64,000 bases of DNA from contig CAZLEV010000002.1 of the NCBI GenBank assembly GCA_964558645.1, forward strand, positions 128,001 through 192,000, read 5' to 3'. A model generated the notes under the pieces. The model ran no database searches. It was given only the letters and a program-made list of their open reading frames with translations, and was not told the origin of the DNA. Source of the DNA: an uncultured archaeon. Its GTDB lineage: Archaea; Asgardarchaeota; Thorarchaeia; Thorarchaeales; Thorarchaeaceae. The first letter of the stretch is position 1; each line of letters starts with the position of its first letter. Positions 48,996 to 58,278 of the stretch are shown piece after piece. The translations under genes were made by a program, and so were the position numbers.

Positions 48996-49163
48996 ATGGG
49001 TAGGAAGGGACGCAGTCCCGATGGCCATAGGTCGGACTCAAAGAACTCAAACAACCCGGCGTATCAGGAAGCAGTGGACAACAGGGCAAACCAGCTGAAC
49101 CCGGAGCAGAAAGCATGTCGTTCGTCACGGAAATCGGAAGCGGACGACTCGGATGACGAGTGA
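48996..49163 (+). CDS. Small hydrophilic protein with DNRANQLNP motif
   Basis: MGRKGRSPDGHRSDSKNSNNPAYQEAVDNRANQLNPEQKACRSSR..., internally duplicated, with a G-rich RBS-like sequence upstream. Confidence 0.55.
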   Translation: MGRKGRSPDGHRSDSKNSNNPAYQEAVDNRANQLNPEQKACRSSRKSEADDSDDE

Positions 49164-49250
49164 TTGGTTTGTGTCACAGGATGAATCGACTACACGTCAG
49201 ATCCTGGAGGGGGCATCATGGCCCCCTTTTTCCCCTTCTTAATGACCTAT

Positions 49251-49799
49251 ATCGAGCAATCCGACCTTCAGGGATATCAACGACTAAGAAGGGGAACTGG
49301 GTCACACGCCTCCCACCTCTTCCATACCAGAGTTCCCGCAAGGGCAAGAACTCATTAGCAAAGGCGAGCAATGTGTTGTGACGCATAGTCACGTCGAGAA
49401 TGTAACGACGGAGGTTCAACAGCATGGCGATAATCGTGGGTTATTTCCCACTCCTCACCTACATCATCTTGATTTTGACGGTCATATATCTCGTCTACAG
49501 GAAAAACTGGATAGAGGATGAAGGCAGTTTTCGAATGAAAGCACTCACCGTTCTTGGCATCATCATCGCGTGTTCACTCCTGAACACGATACTATTGACA
49601 GCCCCAATTCTCGATGGAACGGGGTTTGCCAGCAGCCTACCTGAACTCGTGATGTGGATATGGCCTGATCTCCTAGTACTTGTGGTCTTGGGTGCGGACA
49701 TCATCAGGACCGGCGGTTTCCGTATTTTAAGAGAGTAATGGCTCTACAACCGGGACGAGCTTGGTTATCAATGAGTGTCAGTTCCAAAGAATGGCACGC
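49251..49799 (+). repeat. Copy 1 of ~550-bp diverged direct duplication (upstream region + 3-TM gene + downstream)
   Basis: Aligns colinearly with 54005-54549. Confidence 0.9.
49424..49738 (+). CDS. Small 3-TM membrane protein (paralog of 54177-54488)
   Basis: Three hydrophobic segments; about 78% identical to the second copy by manual alignment. Confidence 0.8.
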   Translation: MAIIVGYFPLLTYIILILTVIYLVYRKNWIEDEGSFRMKALTVLGIIIACSLLNTILLTAPILDGTGFASSLPELVMWIWPDLLVLVVLGADIIRTGGFRILRE

Positions 49800-50123
49800 A
49801 AAAGAGATCGGATTTGAGTGCCTGCCTTTACCACCCTGAGGTGCCGGTTTCTTTCCCTCGATGAATCCTACAAGCATGAGCCAGTGAACAACCCTGCATC
49901 CCTCAACTCCGGGGTGTACCCATCATCTCTACCTAACTACCACTTCGAAAACTGTAGACTGATTAGTGATCTTCATCTCTCAGTCTGAATCTGTGGTTAT
50001 GAGATGGCATCTGAACCGAGATATTGGGAATCACGGAAAGGCCGAGTAGTTCAGACCTCTCCGTATGACTCCCACACTCGGGAATTCGGCCTCTGAAGCG
50101 TCACGTACTGCACACTGACAAGA

Positions 50124-51578
50124 TCAACTGCCAGTCACGCCTTTGGCGATGCGGTCGCCGATTCCTTTGTCTATGTTGCGCCAGTACTCCAATGCTCGTT
50201 CAAGCACCGGCTCTGTTACGCCATTCTTGAGATGTCCAACGACGTTGGATACCAGACGGTCACGCTGTGCATCGTTCATGACCTTGCGTATCAACGTTCC
50301 GGCCTGCCCCCAGTCATCATCATCTTTTCGCAAGGTATATGCAGCACGGACGAACTCTCCGCTGGCCTTCCATATCTCAACCTGGGGATAGCGCTCTCCG
50401 TCAGCCTTCGGACCTCCCTTCGAGTTTGGTGCGTACACGGGGTCGGAAACGTTGTCGATTCGCATCGCCCCGTCCTTACTGTAGCTATGCACAGGAGACT
50501 TTGGTCGGTTGACCGGAATCTGGTGGTAGTTGACACCCAAGCGGGCGCGGTGGGCGTCAGCATATGAGAAGAGGCGAGCGAGTAACATCTTGTCTGGGCT
50601 GGGGCCGATACCCGGCACGAGGTTGTTTGGTTGGAACGCCGCTTGCTCAATCTCGGTGTGGAAATCGGTCGGGTTGCGATTCAGTGTGAGTCGGCCAACC
50701 TCATGCAACGGGTAGTCACCGTGCGGCCAGACCTTGGTCAGGTCGAAGGGGTTGAACCGGTAGGTCTCGGCTTCTTTGAAGGGCATAATCTGTACCTTCA
50801 GCGTCCAGCTGGGGTAATCACCTCGCTTGATTGCATCAAACAGGTCTCGCCGGTGGTAGTCTGCATCCTCGCCAGCGATTCTGTCAGCCTCTTCCTGGGT
50901 GAGGATCTCGATGCCCTGGTCTGTCTTGAAGTGATATTTCACCCAGAACCGATCACCTTCTGCGTTGACCCACATGTAGGTGTGACTTGAATAGCCGTTC
51001 ATGTGCCGCCAAGTCTTGGGAACCCCGCGATCACTGAACAGTATCGTGACTTGGTGCGCTGACTCGGGCGACAGGGTCCAGAAGTCCCATTGCATGTCAT
51101 TGTCACGCAACCCGCTGTCCGCCCGGCGCTTCTGGGAGCGGATGAAGTGCTGGAACTTCATAGGATCTCGGAGGAAGAATACAGGTGTGTTGTTGCCCAC
51201 CATGTCATAATTGCCTTCGGTGGTATAGAACCTCAATGCGAAACCGCGCACATCTCGCCAAGTATCGGGGCTGCCGCGCTCACCGGCCACAGTGGAGAAG
51301 CGAATGAGGGTATCGGTCTTTGTGTCCGGTTGAAACACCGCTGCCTTGGTATAAGCGCTGACGTCTTTAGTCACCTCGAATTGACCAAAGGCGCCTGAAC
51401 CCTTTGCGTGGGGCTGACGCTCAGGGATTCGCTCCCGATTGAAGTTTGCCATCTGCTCGATGAGGTAAGCGTCCTGCAACAGGATTGGGCCATCAGGTCC
51501 AACAGTGAGGGAAAACTCGTCGCTGGCAACAGGAATCCCAGCATCAGTCGTTGTGGGTTTGCGTTCTTCTTTCTTCAT
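50124..51578 (-). CDS. katA: Monofunctional heme catalase (small-subunit type)
   Basis: [15 protein letters not shown] (distal His), [20 protein letters not shown] and [10 protein letters not shown] (proximal Tyr). Confidence 0.97.
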   Translation of the reverse strand: MKKEERKPTTTDAGIPVASDEFSLTVGPDGPILLQDAYLIEQMANFNRERIPERQPHAKGSGAFGQFEVTKDVSAYTKAAVFQPDTKTDTLIRFSTVAGERGSPDTWRDVRGFALRFYTTEGNYDMVGNNTPVFFLRDPMKFQHFIRSQKRRADSGLRDNDMQWDFWTLSPESAHQVTILFSDRGVPKTWRHMNGYSSHTYMWVNAEGDRFWVKYHFKTDQGIEILTQEEADRIAGEDADYHRRDLFDAIKRGDYPSWTLKVQIMPFKEAETYRFNPFDLTKVWPHGDYPLHEVGRLTLNRNPTDFHTEIEQAAFQPNNLVPGIGPSPDKMLLARLFSYADAHRARLGVNYHQIPVNRPKSPVHSYSKDGAMRIDNVSDPVYAPNSKGGPKADGERYPQVEIWKASGEFVRAAYTLRKDDDDWGQAGTLIRKVMNDAQRDRLVSNVVGHLKNGVTEPVLERALEYWRNIDKGIGDRIAKGVTGS

Positions 51579-51611
51579 GACTATATCACCATTATAGTTT
51601 AGTTCGTAGAC

Positions 51612-51642
51612 AAGCCCATCATTCTATATGCTTGATGGGCTT
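51612..51642. promoter_or_regulatory. Perfect 10-bp inverted repeat upstream of catalase
   Basis: AAGCCCATCA-N11-TGATGGGCTT, 34-64 bp upstream of the ATG and abutting a TATA-like CTTAAG. Confidence 0.55.
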
Positions 51643-51769
51643 AAGGTATGAGTGAACCACAAACATGAGGGTCATTGACCTTAAAAAGTCCTCCACCACA
51701 ATGTTCGTTTCGTCTGATTCTGCCTTCAACATTCTGATCGTAAATTGAGAGGGGTCGTTCCTCTCTCCG

Positions 51770-52315
51770 TCACTTCTTTTGCACAATTAGCATCCTATAG
51801 AGTGAGTTGTTCTTTGGAAATCGCACATACGCATCCTGAAGGTGATTCCAATCTCCCTGTGCCTCGTCGAATATGGACGCGAGGACAGACTCAGCGGTCT
51901 TTGACTTGTTTATCAAGATGCAGAGAACTGCGCCAACTCTCATTTCCCTCATAATACGCTGGACCAATGCAACCTCTTTCTCCCTATCCCGCTTGTAGAA
52001 ATGAAGCATTGAATCAAGCAGGATGAGGTCGAAGCTTGGGTCAATAGGAAAATCGTAGATATCAGCAATGATGCCCTTCACTTCGAGATCATGCTTCGTG
52101 GCTTCTCGCATCATCTGGTCAATACCGACCTTTGAAATATCAACTCCCGTGACCTCATATCCAAGATGAGCCAGAGCAAGGGCATCTCGTCCCTGTCCAC
52201 ATCCTAGGTCCAGTACACTCCCTCTATCAGGATGCTCAGAGAAGTACTCTACTAGTTCAGAAACAGGTTCACCGAAGTGGTGTTCCTCCTCGTAGTACTT
52301 GTCATATCTCACCAA
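51770..52315 (-). CDS. SAM-dependent methyltransferase (TehB-like)
   Basis: VLDLGCGQGRDALALA..GYEVTGVDIS. Confidence 0.9.
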   Translation of the reverse strand: MVRYDKYYEEEHHFGEPVSELVEYFSEHPDRGSVLDLGCGQGRDALALAHLGYEVTGVDISKVGIDQMMREATKHDLEVKGIIADIYDFPIDPSFDLILLDSMLHFYKRDREKEVALVQRIMREMRVGAVLCILINKSKTAESVLASIFDEAQGDWNHLQDAYVRFPKNNSLYRMLIVQKK

Positions 52316-52625
52316 TGTGATTCATTTTGAAGAAGCAACCCCGATTCATAAGCGTCATGGAACGGGAGGCCTTCGGACCTGAGTACATGCCGCATCGCGA
52401 AGACAAGAAGATGTAGGAGTTGCTCTCCAACCTGGGAGTATAGCCCTTCCTTCGTCATTTCACCCATTTGCCGTCCCCATAGATCATCTTACCGCACCGG
52501 GGTTATGTCTTCAAGGCACAAGTCGAGTGACTTGGCTATCGGCTGGATGATTCCGGTCAGGATGCTCTTTTATGCGCACACATCCTAGCCAGACTAGGAT
52601 ATCATTACGTACCAGGTGAAGGACC

Positions 52626-53165
52626 ATGATTGAAGACCTAGAACTACTACTTGTGATTGCTGAGATCACCGGGGTCTTTGTGGGCTTTGGTGCCCTCATT
52701 GGCCTGAGCCGCCCTAGAGACGTGGATGCTTCGCAAGTAGTCCACGTTCGTGGCGTGGTCTCCATCGGGCTCACGGTCTTTGTTGTCGCACTCCTTCCCG
52801 TTCTCCTGAACCGGTATGGGGTTGAGGGACATGCCCTCTGGTTCGTCTGTAGCCTCATCTATCTGGTGCTGAATTGGGGCAGTCTGATCCAGGGGTTCCG
52901 AGAGCCTGAGAGCCGAGCCGTGGCAACAACCCAGGCCCGAGCCCGCCCATTTCGTACCCTGTTCTTCTGGCTCTTGCTTGAGGTGCTTGTGCAGGGTCCG
53001 CTGTACCTCATTCTGTTGGGCCTGTCTCCAGACTTGGGGTCTGCGCTCTACACCACCGCGCTGCTCTTCAACCTGTTTGAGGGCGTGTTTATGCTGGCGC
53101 AGCTCGTCTATGGCCATGTCACGCCCTCAGACACCGACCATACGCCCCACGTCATCCATAGCTAG
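52626..53165 (+). CDS. Hypothetical multi-TM membrane protein
   Basis: IAEITGVFVGFGALI N-terminus and about five TMs. Confidence 0.75.
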   Translation: MIEDLELLLVIAEITGVFVGFGALIGLSRPRDVDASQVVHVRGVVSIGLTVFVVALLPVLLNRYGVEGHALWFVCSLIYLVLNWGSLIQGFREPESRAVATTQARARPFRTLFFWLLLEVLVQGPLYLILLGLSPDLGSALYTTALLFNLFEGVFMLAQLVYGHVTPSDTDHTPHVIHS

Positions 53166-53426
53166 GCCATGATGAGGAGAATAAGAGGCACGTTAGTCGG
53201 AAGACTACCAACTCGCCAATTGCCCCCATCTCCCCGGTTCTGGTCATACAACAATAGGGTGACGAGTCTACCTAGAGTGCTCTGCCCTAGGTCTCATTCA
53301 GCCATGCTCCAAGTTTCCTATTTCCTTGTCACTCTTCATGCTCACAGATGATGCCTCCACAGCCTGGACGCTCCTGAGCAGTAATCCATAAGAGGTGCCT
53401 ACGGAGTACTCTACAGCGAGAGTAGT

Positions 53427-53747
53427 ATGATGATGCAAGAAGGACAGACCATGTTTGCCTTCAATATTCCGTCCATCCTGGCACTGGGATTCATCCTTGC
53501 TGTGGTCCTCATGGTGTTAGGCTATCGCGAGAGTCAGACTCCAAGTCGTGCCAATCTGCTCTTCAGAGCCGGCCTCACGTTTCTTGGTGTGATGATTGCA
53601 CTCACACCGATGGTATGGTATGTGTACCTGGAGCTCTATCTGACTGGTTTCGTCATGTCATTGTCTGATATGGCCATCTTTGGATTGGGTATGTTTTCTG
53701 GAGGCACAGTCACAGGCGTCGGTGCCACATTCAGGTTGCGGAAGTGA
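53427..53747 (+). CDS. Hypothetical 3-TM membrane protein
   Basis: Hydrophobic 106-aa ORF. Confidence 0.7.
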   Translation: MMMQEGQTMFAFNIPSILALGFILAVVLMVLGYRESQTPSRANLLFRAGLTFLGVMIALTPMVWYVYLELYLTGFVMSLSDMAIFGLGMFSGGTVTGVGATFRLRK

Positions 53748-54004
53748 GGCTTGGCCTAGACTGATTCAAGACTTCCTCCGGACTGGAGCAGGCTCCGATA
53801 CGAGGGTAGTTACAGGCCACCATAGAACAGTGTCTATGGTAGGCGCTGTTAGTGGGTGAACTTCAGGGGGTTTCAGCGCGCAAACAGAGAAGAGAGCTAC
53901 AGTCCTGAATACGTCACATTGGGCCGAGAGAAACGGACGTAGCTTCTGTCCAGAAAGCCGGGTCCTCTGACCCCCTCGTCGTCTTATTCCACTTTACCGC
54001 CGGC

Positions 54005-54549
54005 ATCAAGCAATCCAGCCTTCAGGAAGACCAACGCCCAAGAAAGCGACCGGGTTCACAGGCCTTCTACCTCTTTCGCACCAGAGTTACTACGAGGGCA
54101 AGAACTCATTAGCAGAAGTGGGCAATGCATTGTGACGCATAGTCACATGAGGATATAACGGCAGGGGTTCATCAGCATGGCAATAATCGTGAGTTACTTC
54201 CCGCTCCTCACTTACATCATCCTTATTCTGGGTGTCATATATCTCCTCTACAGGAAACACTGGATAGAACAAGGTAGTTTTCGGAGGAAAGCACTCACCG
54301 TTCTTGGCATCAGCATCTCGTGTTCACTCCTGAACCTCATATTACTGACAGCCCCAATTCTCGATGGAGATGCGTTTGTCAACAGCCTATCAGAGCTCGT
54401 GATGTGGATATGGCCTGACCTCCTCATGCTTGCGGTCTTGAGTACTGATATCATCAGGACACCTGGTGTCCGTGTTCCACGAGAGTGATAGCTCTTCCAC
54501 CAGGGCGAGTTTGGTCTTCAATCATCATCGGTTCTTAAGAATGCCACAC
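54005..54549 (+). repeat. Copy 2 of ~550-bp diverged direct duplication
   Basis: Aligns colinearly with 49251-49799. Confidence 0.9.
54177..54488 (+). CDS. Small 3-TM membrane protein (paralog of 49424-49738)
   Basis: MAIIVSYFPLLTYIIL...ELVMWIWPDLL shared with copy 1. Confidence 0.8.
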   Translation: MAIIVSYFPLLTYIILILGVIYLLYRKHWIEQGSFRRKALTVLGISISCSLLNLILLTAPILDGDAFVNSLSELVMWIWPDLLMLAVLSTDIIRTPGVRVPRE

Positions 54550-54601
54550 GAGGTGTCTGACCCGTGTCGCCTATCCAGATGGGTCTTCTTAGGTCGTCCA
54601 G

Positions 54602-55750
54602 CTACAGTGCTCTCTCGATGTCTTCGATTAGATCGTCGATATCCTCGATGCCTACCGAGACCCGTACAAGATTGTCCTTGATACCAACCTGTTCCCTTGT
54701 TTCTCTGGGAATGCTTGCATGGGTCATAGTAGCAGGATGTTCTATCAGTGATTCAACTCCGCCCAGGCTCTCTGCAAGCAGAAAGACTCGGAGTTTCTTC
54801 ATGAACTCTCTCACTGCCTGGATATCGCCTTTCAACTCGAAGGAAAGCATTCCCCCAAAGCCTCTCATCTGTTTCTGAGCAAGTTCATGCTGGGGATGAC
54901 TTGGAAGACCCGGATAATAGACTTGATCCACTCTATCGTTGTCTTGGAGGTATGTGGCAATCCTGAGGGCATTGTCTGCGTGTTTCTCCATCCTCAGAGG
55001 TAGTGTCTTTATTCCTCGAAGGACCAAGAAGCAGTCGAATGGAGAGGGCACGGCTCCCACAGCGTTCTGGTTGAACCTGACCTTCTCATGTAGATCATCA
55101 TCGGACAGCACGACTGCTCCTCCAACTACGTCGCTGTGTCCACCGAGGTACTTCGTGGTACTATAGACAACAACATCAGCTCCAAGAGACAGGGGGGACT
55201 GGAAATACGGGCTCATGAAGGTGTTGTCCACTGCGGTGATGACTCCCTCTTCTCGTGAGATATCTGCAATCTCTCGTATGTCACACATACGCATCAGTGG
55301 ATTAGTAGGTGTTTCCAACCAGACTAGTTTGGTCTTGTCGGTTATTGCTTGGTGCACATTCTCAGAGTCTCGTGCATCGACATAGGTAAACTCCACTCCA
55401 AACTTGGCCAGAACACTGTCAAACAACCGGCGTGTTCCGCCGTATAGGTCATCAAATGCGACAACATGGTCCCCCGCGCTGCAGACTGAGAGGAGCAGGG
55501 TGGTCTCCGCTGCCATCCCAGAGGCAAAGGTCACGCTATGCCGAGCATCGTCAAGAGATGCAAGCCGCGTTTCCAGAGCGTCTCGGGTAGCATTCCCGGT
55601 TCGAGAGTACTCATAACCCCCGGTGGGTCTATCCAGTTCCCTTCTGGCAAACGTAGATGCCAGATGAATTGGCGTCACAACATCTCCATATCCCCTCTGA
55701 TTCAGCCTCGGCTCTTCTCCGATGTGAATCGCTTTGGTCGCTATCTTCAT
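54602..55750 (-). CDS. Cystathionine gamma-lyase/synthase
   Basis: YEYSRTGN, FASGMAA, DDLYGGT, ETPTNP, DNTF, YSTTKYLGGHSD (PLP Lys) and AESLGGVESL. Confidence 0.93.
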   Translation of the reverse strand: MKIATKAIHIGEEPRLNQRGYGDVVTPIHLASTFARRELDRPTGGYEYSRTGNATRDALETRLASLDDARHSVTFASGMAAETTLLLSVCSAGDHVVAFDDLYGGTRRLFDSVLAKFGVEFTYVDARDSENVHQAITDKTKLVWLETPTNPLMRMCDIREIADISREEGVITAVDNTFMSPYFQSPLSLGADVVVYSTTKYLGGHSDVVGGAVVLSDDDLHEKVRFNQNAVGAVPSPFDCFLVLRGIKTLPLRMEKHADNALRIATYLQDNDRVDQVYYPGLPSHPQHELAQKQMRGFGGMLSFELKGDIQAVREFMKKLRVFLLAESLGGVESLIEHPATMTHASIPRETREQVGIKDNLVRVSVGIEDIDDLIEDIERAL

Positions 55751-56742
55751 ACCGCACATTCCTCCTCTGTTCCCTCTAGGAGTCCCTGTTCTCTCATCCA
55801 CTCATCCGAGAAGATCTTGCTGAGATAGTTCCTGCTGGTATCAGGTAGTAAGACCACAAGGAATTGGTTCTCTTCCATTCCTTTGGCGACCTGTAGGGCT
55901 GCATGCATAGCTGCTCCTGACGACCCTCCTGCCAGGATGCCCTCTTCTCGCACAAGCCTTCTGGCTGTCAGCAACGCATCCTTGTCACTGACTGTCACAA
56001 TCTCATCAATGGTCTCCATGTCGAGGGTGTCCGGCATGAAGTCCTCTCCAATCCCCTCTGTCAGATATGTGTGTGTATCTCCCTTGGTATTGTAGAACTC
56101 GTGGTGGTACATTGAACCTTCGGGATCCACTCCTATCACTCTGATCTCAGGATTGTTCTCCTTCAGGTATCTTCCAGTCCCAGTGATGGTACCCCCCGTA
56201 CCGATTCCTGCCACGAAGACATCGACCTTTCCATCAGTCTGTCTCCAGATCTCGGGCCCTGTTGTCTTGTAATGGACAGCCGGATTTGCCATATTGTAGT
56301 ACTGGTTCATCATGAATGTACGTGGATTCTCCTCAGCTATTCGTTCGGCGACCCTCACATAGCTCTCGGGATCATCTGGTTCAACATCAGTTGGAGTAAC
56401 GATCACCTTTGCGCATAGCGATCGTAGGAGCGCGATCTTCTCTTGACTCATCTTATCCGGAATGGTTACTATCATCTTGTAGCCCTTCACAACGGCCGCT
56501 AATGCCAAGCCAATGCCTGTGTTCCCAGAAGTGGGTTCTACCAGTGTGTCTCCTGGCTTGATCTTTCCCCTCTTCTCAGCCTCATCGATCATCGCAATGC
56601 CGATCCGGTCTTTCACACTACCTCCCGGATTGAAGAACTCGGCCTTCGCGAGAATTGTGGGTCTTAGGCCCTTGCTCATCCTCTGAATCTTGACCAGAGG
56701 AGTGTTTCCAATCGTATCCAAGACGGTTTCATGCACATCCAT
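55747..56742 (-). CDS. Cystathionine beta-synthase / cysteine synthase family enzyme
   Basis: IGNTPLV, NPGGSVKDRIG (PLP Lys), EPTSGNTG, GIGTGGT and YLTEGIGEDF. ATGA overlap with the downstream lyase. Confidence 0.92.
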   Translation of the reverse strand: MDVHETVLDTIGNTPLVKIQRMSKGLRPTILAKAEFFNPGGSVKDRIGIAMIDEAEKRGKIKPGDTLVEPTSGNTGIGLALAAVVKGYKMIVTIPDKMSQEKIALLRSLCAKVIVTPTDVEPDDPESYVRVAERIAEENPRTFMMNQYYNMANPAVHYKTTGPEIWRQTDGKVDVFVAGIGTGGTITGTGRYLKENNPEIRVIGVDPEGSMYHHEFYNTKGDTHTYLTEGIGEDFMPDTLDMETIDEIVTVSDKDALLTARRLVREEGILAGGSSGAAMHAALQVAKGMEENQFLVVLLPDTSRNYLSKIFSDEWMREQGLLEGTEEECAV

Positions 56743-57066
56743 GTTCTTCTCACCTTCATGATGACTAAACACTACGCCCCGCAGGGATGACGCACAGAGA
56801 GTCACCACGCCAACATAACCATAGTTAATACCATGATATGTATTTCGATTTCTACATCTCCAATTGAATACGACCAGTGATGGCAACAGATTATTATGGC
56901 ATTTAGAAACCTACACCAAAGGTTCAACACCCATCTAAGGGATGTCCAACTCTGTCCTGATTTTAAGAAACTGCTGAATACCCTGAGAACTTCCAGTACC
57001 GCTGGGAGAGTCAGGTTCAGGTTCGGTAGCGACCAGAAGGAGTCTCACCTCTCTATCCATATCATT

Positions 57067-58071
57067 CTACTCCAGAGCATCAGCAAGCTCCTGAAGCGAC
57101 ACGCCAGTCACATCCTGAGTTGTCCTGACGACTCTGATAGCATAGTCGCGATACTCGTTCTGAAACAGGGAGGCTGTTTCCTCGGTCTCGCTCATGATCC
57201 GATGATTGAACACAGAAGAGTAGATTCTGAGCAGATTCCAGAGCGATGAGAGCACCATGAAGTACTCAAGTTCCTGAACCTTCTTCCCGGAGAGAGACTG
57301 GTACTGTGCCACGACTTCCTCCCGCACATCAAATCCCATTGAGCTGAGAAACATGACCGCGAAGCTCAAGTCGTACCTGCAGTCCCCCAGTCTGGTATTC
57401 GCCCAGTCGATGGTTGCAATACCATCAGAGGGTCTCACGAGATTGTTCAGCCCGTGGTAATCTGCATGCAAGAGGACAGGAGGTCCGACACCCACCTGGT
57501 TGGTCTCCATCCAGTCGATAACGGGCAAGAGGGCACCTATCCGATGTTCCTTGATAGTCCTCCTCGGAGCTGTCAACTCATTGGTGATGAAGAGCTGTGG
57601 ATCTTCGGCTATGCCCATCCTGTCAAGAAAGCCGAGTCCTTCTGTCCAGTCCACCGAATGTATCGCGACAAGATTCCTCACGAACATCTCCACCAGTTCG
57701 TTGAATCGGTGTGTGGATTGTGAGGCAAGAAGCTCCTCGGAGAGGAGGGGTCCATCGATGCGTTCCATGATGATATACGCCCTCCCGGTCACGCTGGACT
57801 CTCCATTATAGATATACGGCCGAGGAACACCCACACCCCTCGCGTAGAGATTCTGTAAGACACGGAACTCCTTTCTTCCGGTACCAGAGGCCTGAGGGCG
57901 GTAGATTCGTAGGATGAAAGGGAGGGAATGGGAATCCGACACGAGATCAAAGCTAAAGATGGTTGTGTCAGCACCTCCAAGAATCTGCTTGAACGCGCTC
58001 AGCCCACAGTCTCGATACTCTGGATACTTCTCAGATACGAGTTCGAGAATCTCATCCCTGTATTCACTCAT
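57067..58071 (-). CDS. APH/choline-kinase-like phosphotransferase
   Basis: ILRIY, VPRPY, IMERIDG, LLHADYHGLN and IDW...GDCRYD. Confidence 0.88.
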   Translation of the reverse strand: MSEYRDEILELVSEKYPEYRDCGLSAFKQILGGADTTIFSFDLVSDSHSLPFILRIYRPQASGTGRKEFRVLQNLYARGVGVPRPYIYNGESSVTGRAYIIMERIDGPLLSEELLASQSTHRFNELVEMFVRNLVAIHSVDWTEGLGFLDRMGIAEDPQLFITNELTAPRRTIKEHRIGALLPVIDWMETNQVGVGPPVLLHADYHGLNNLVRPSDGIATIDWANTRLGDCRYDLSFAVMFLSSMGFDVREEVVAQYQSLSGKKVQELEYFMVLSSLWNLLRIYSSVFNHRIMSETEETASLFQNEYRDYAIRVVRTTQDVTGVSLQELADALE

Positions 58072-58278
58072 GTTGAGTCCTCCAAATAACTGTCATGCAG
58101 TACTGATTCAGGTGTCTGATAGTCATTGTGGCTCATGAAAACTTCGGAGTCGAGTGCCTTTCGTATCGCCAGGAGCAGATCTAGATGACCAGCTTGGGAT
58201 TGCGCAGTATCCCTCTCGCTTTCCTTCTGCGACAACAGTTAATATCAGGGGGCACTGCCCTATGATTGACACCGATAG

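Noticed and set aside
49251-54549. Composite transposon carrying catalase
   Set aside because: The flanking repeats encode a membrane protein, not a transposase, and I saw no terminal inverted repeats or target-site duplication. Kept only as a duplication finding.
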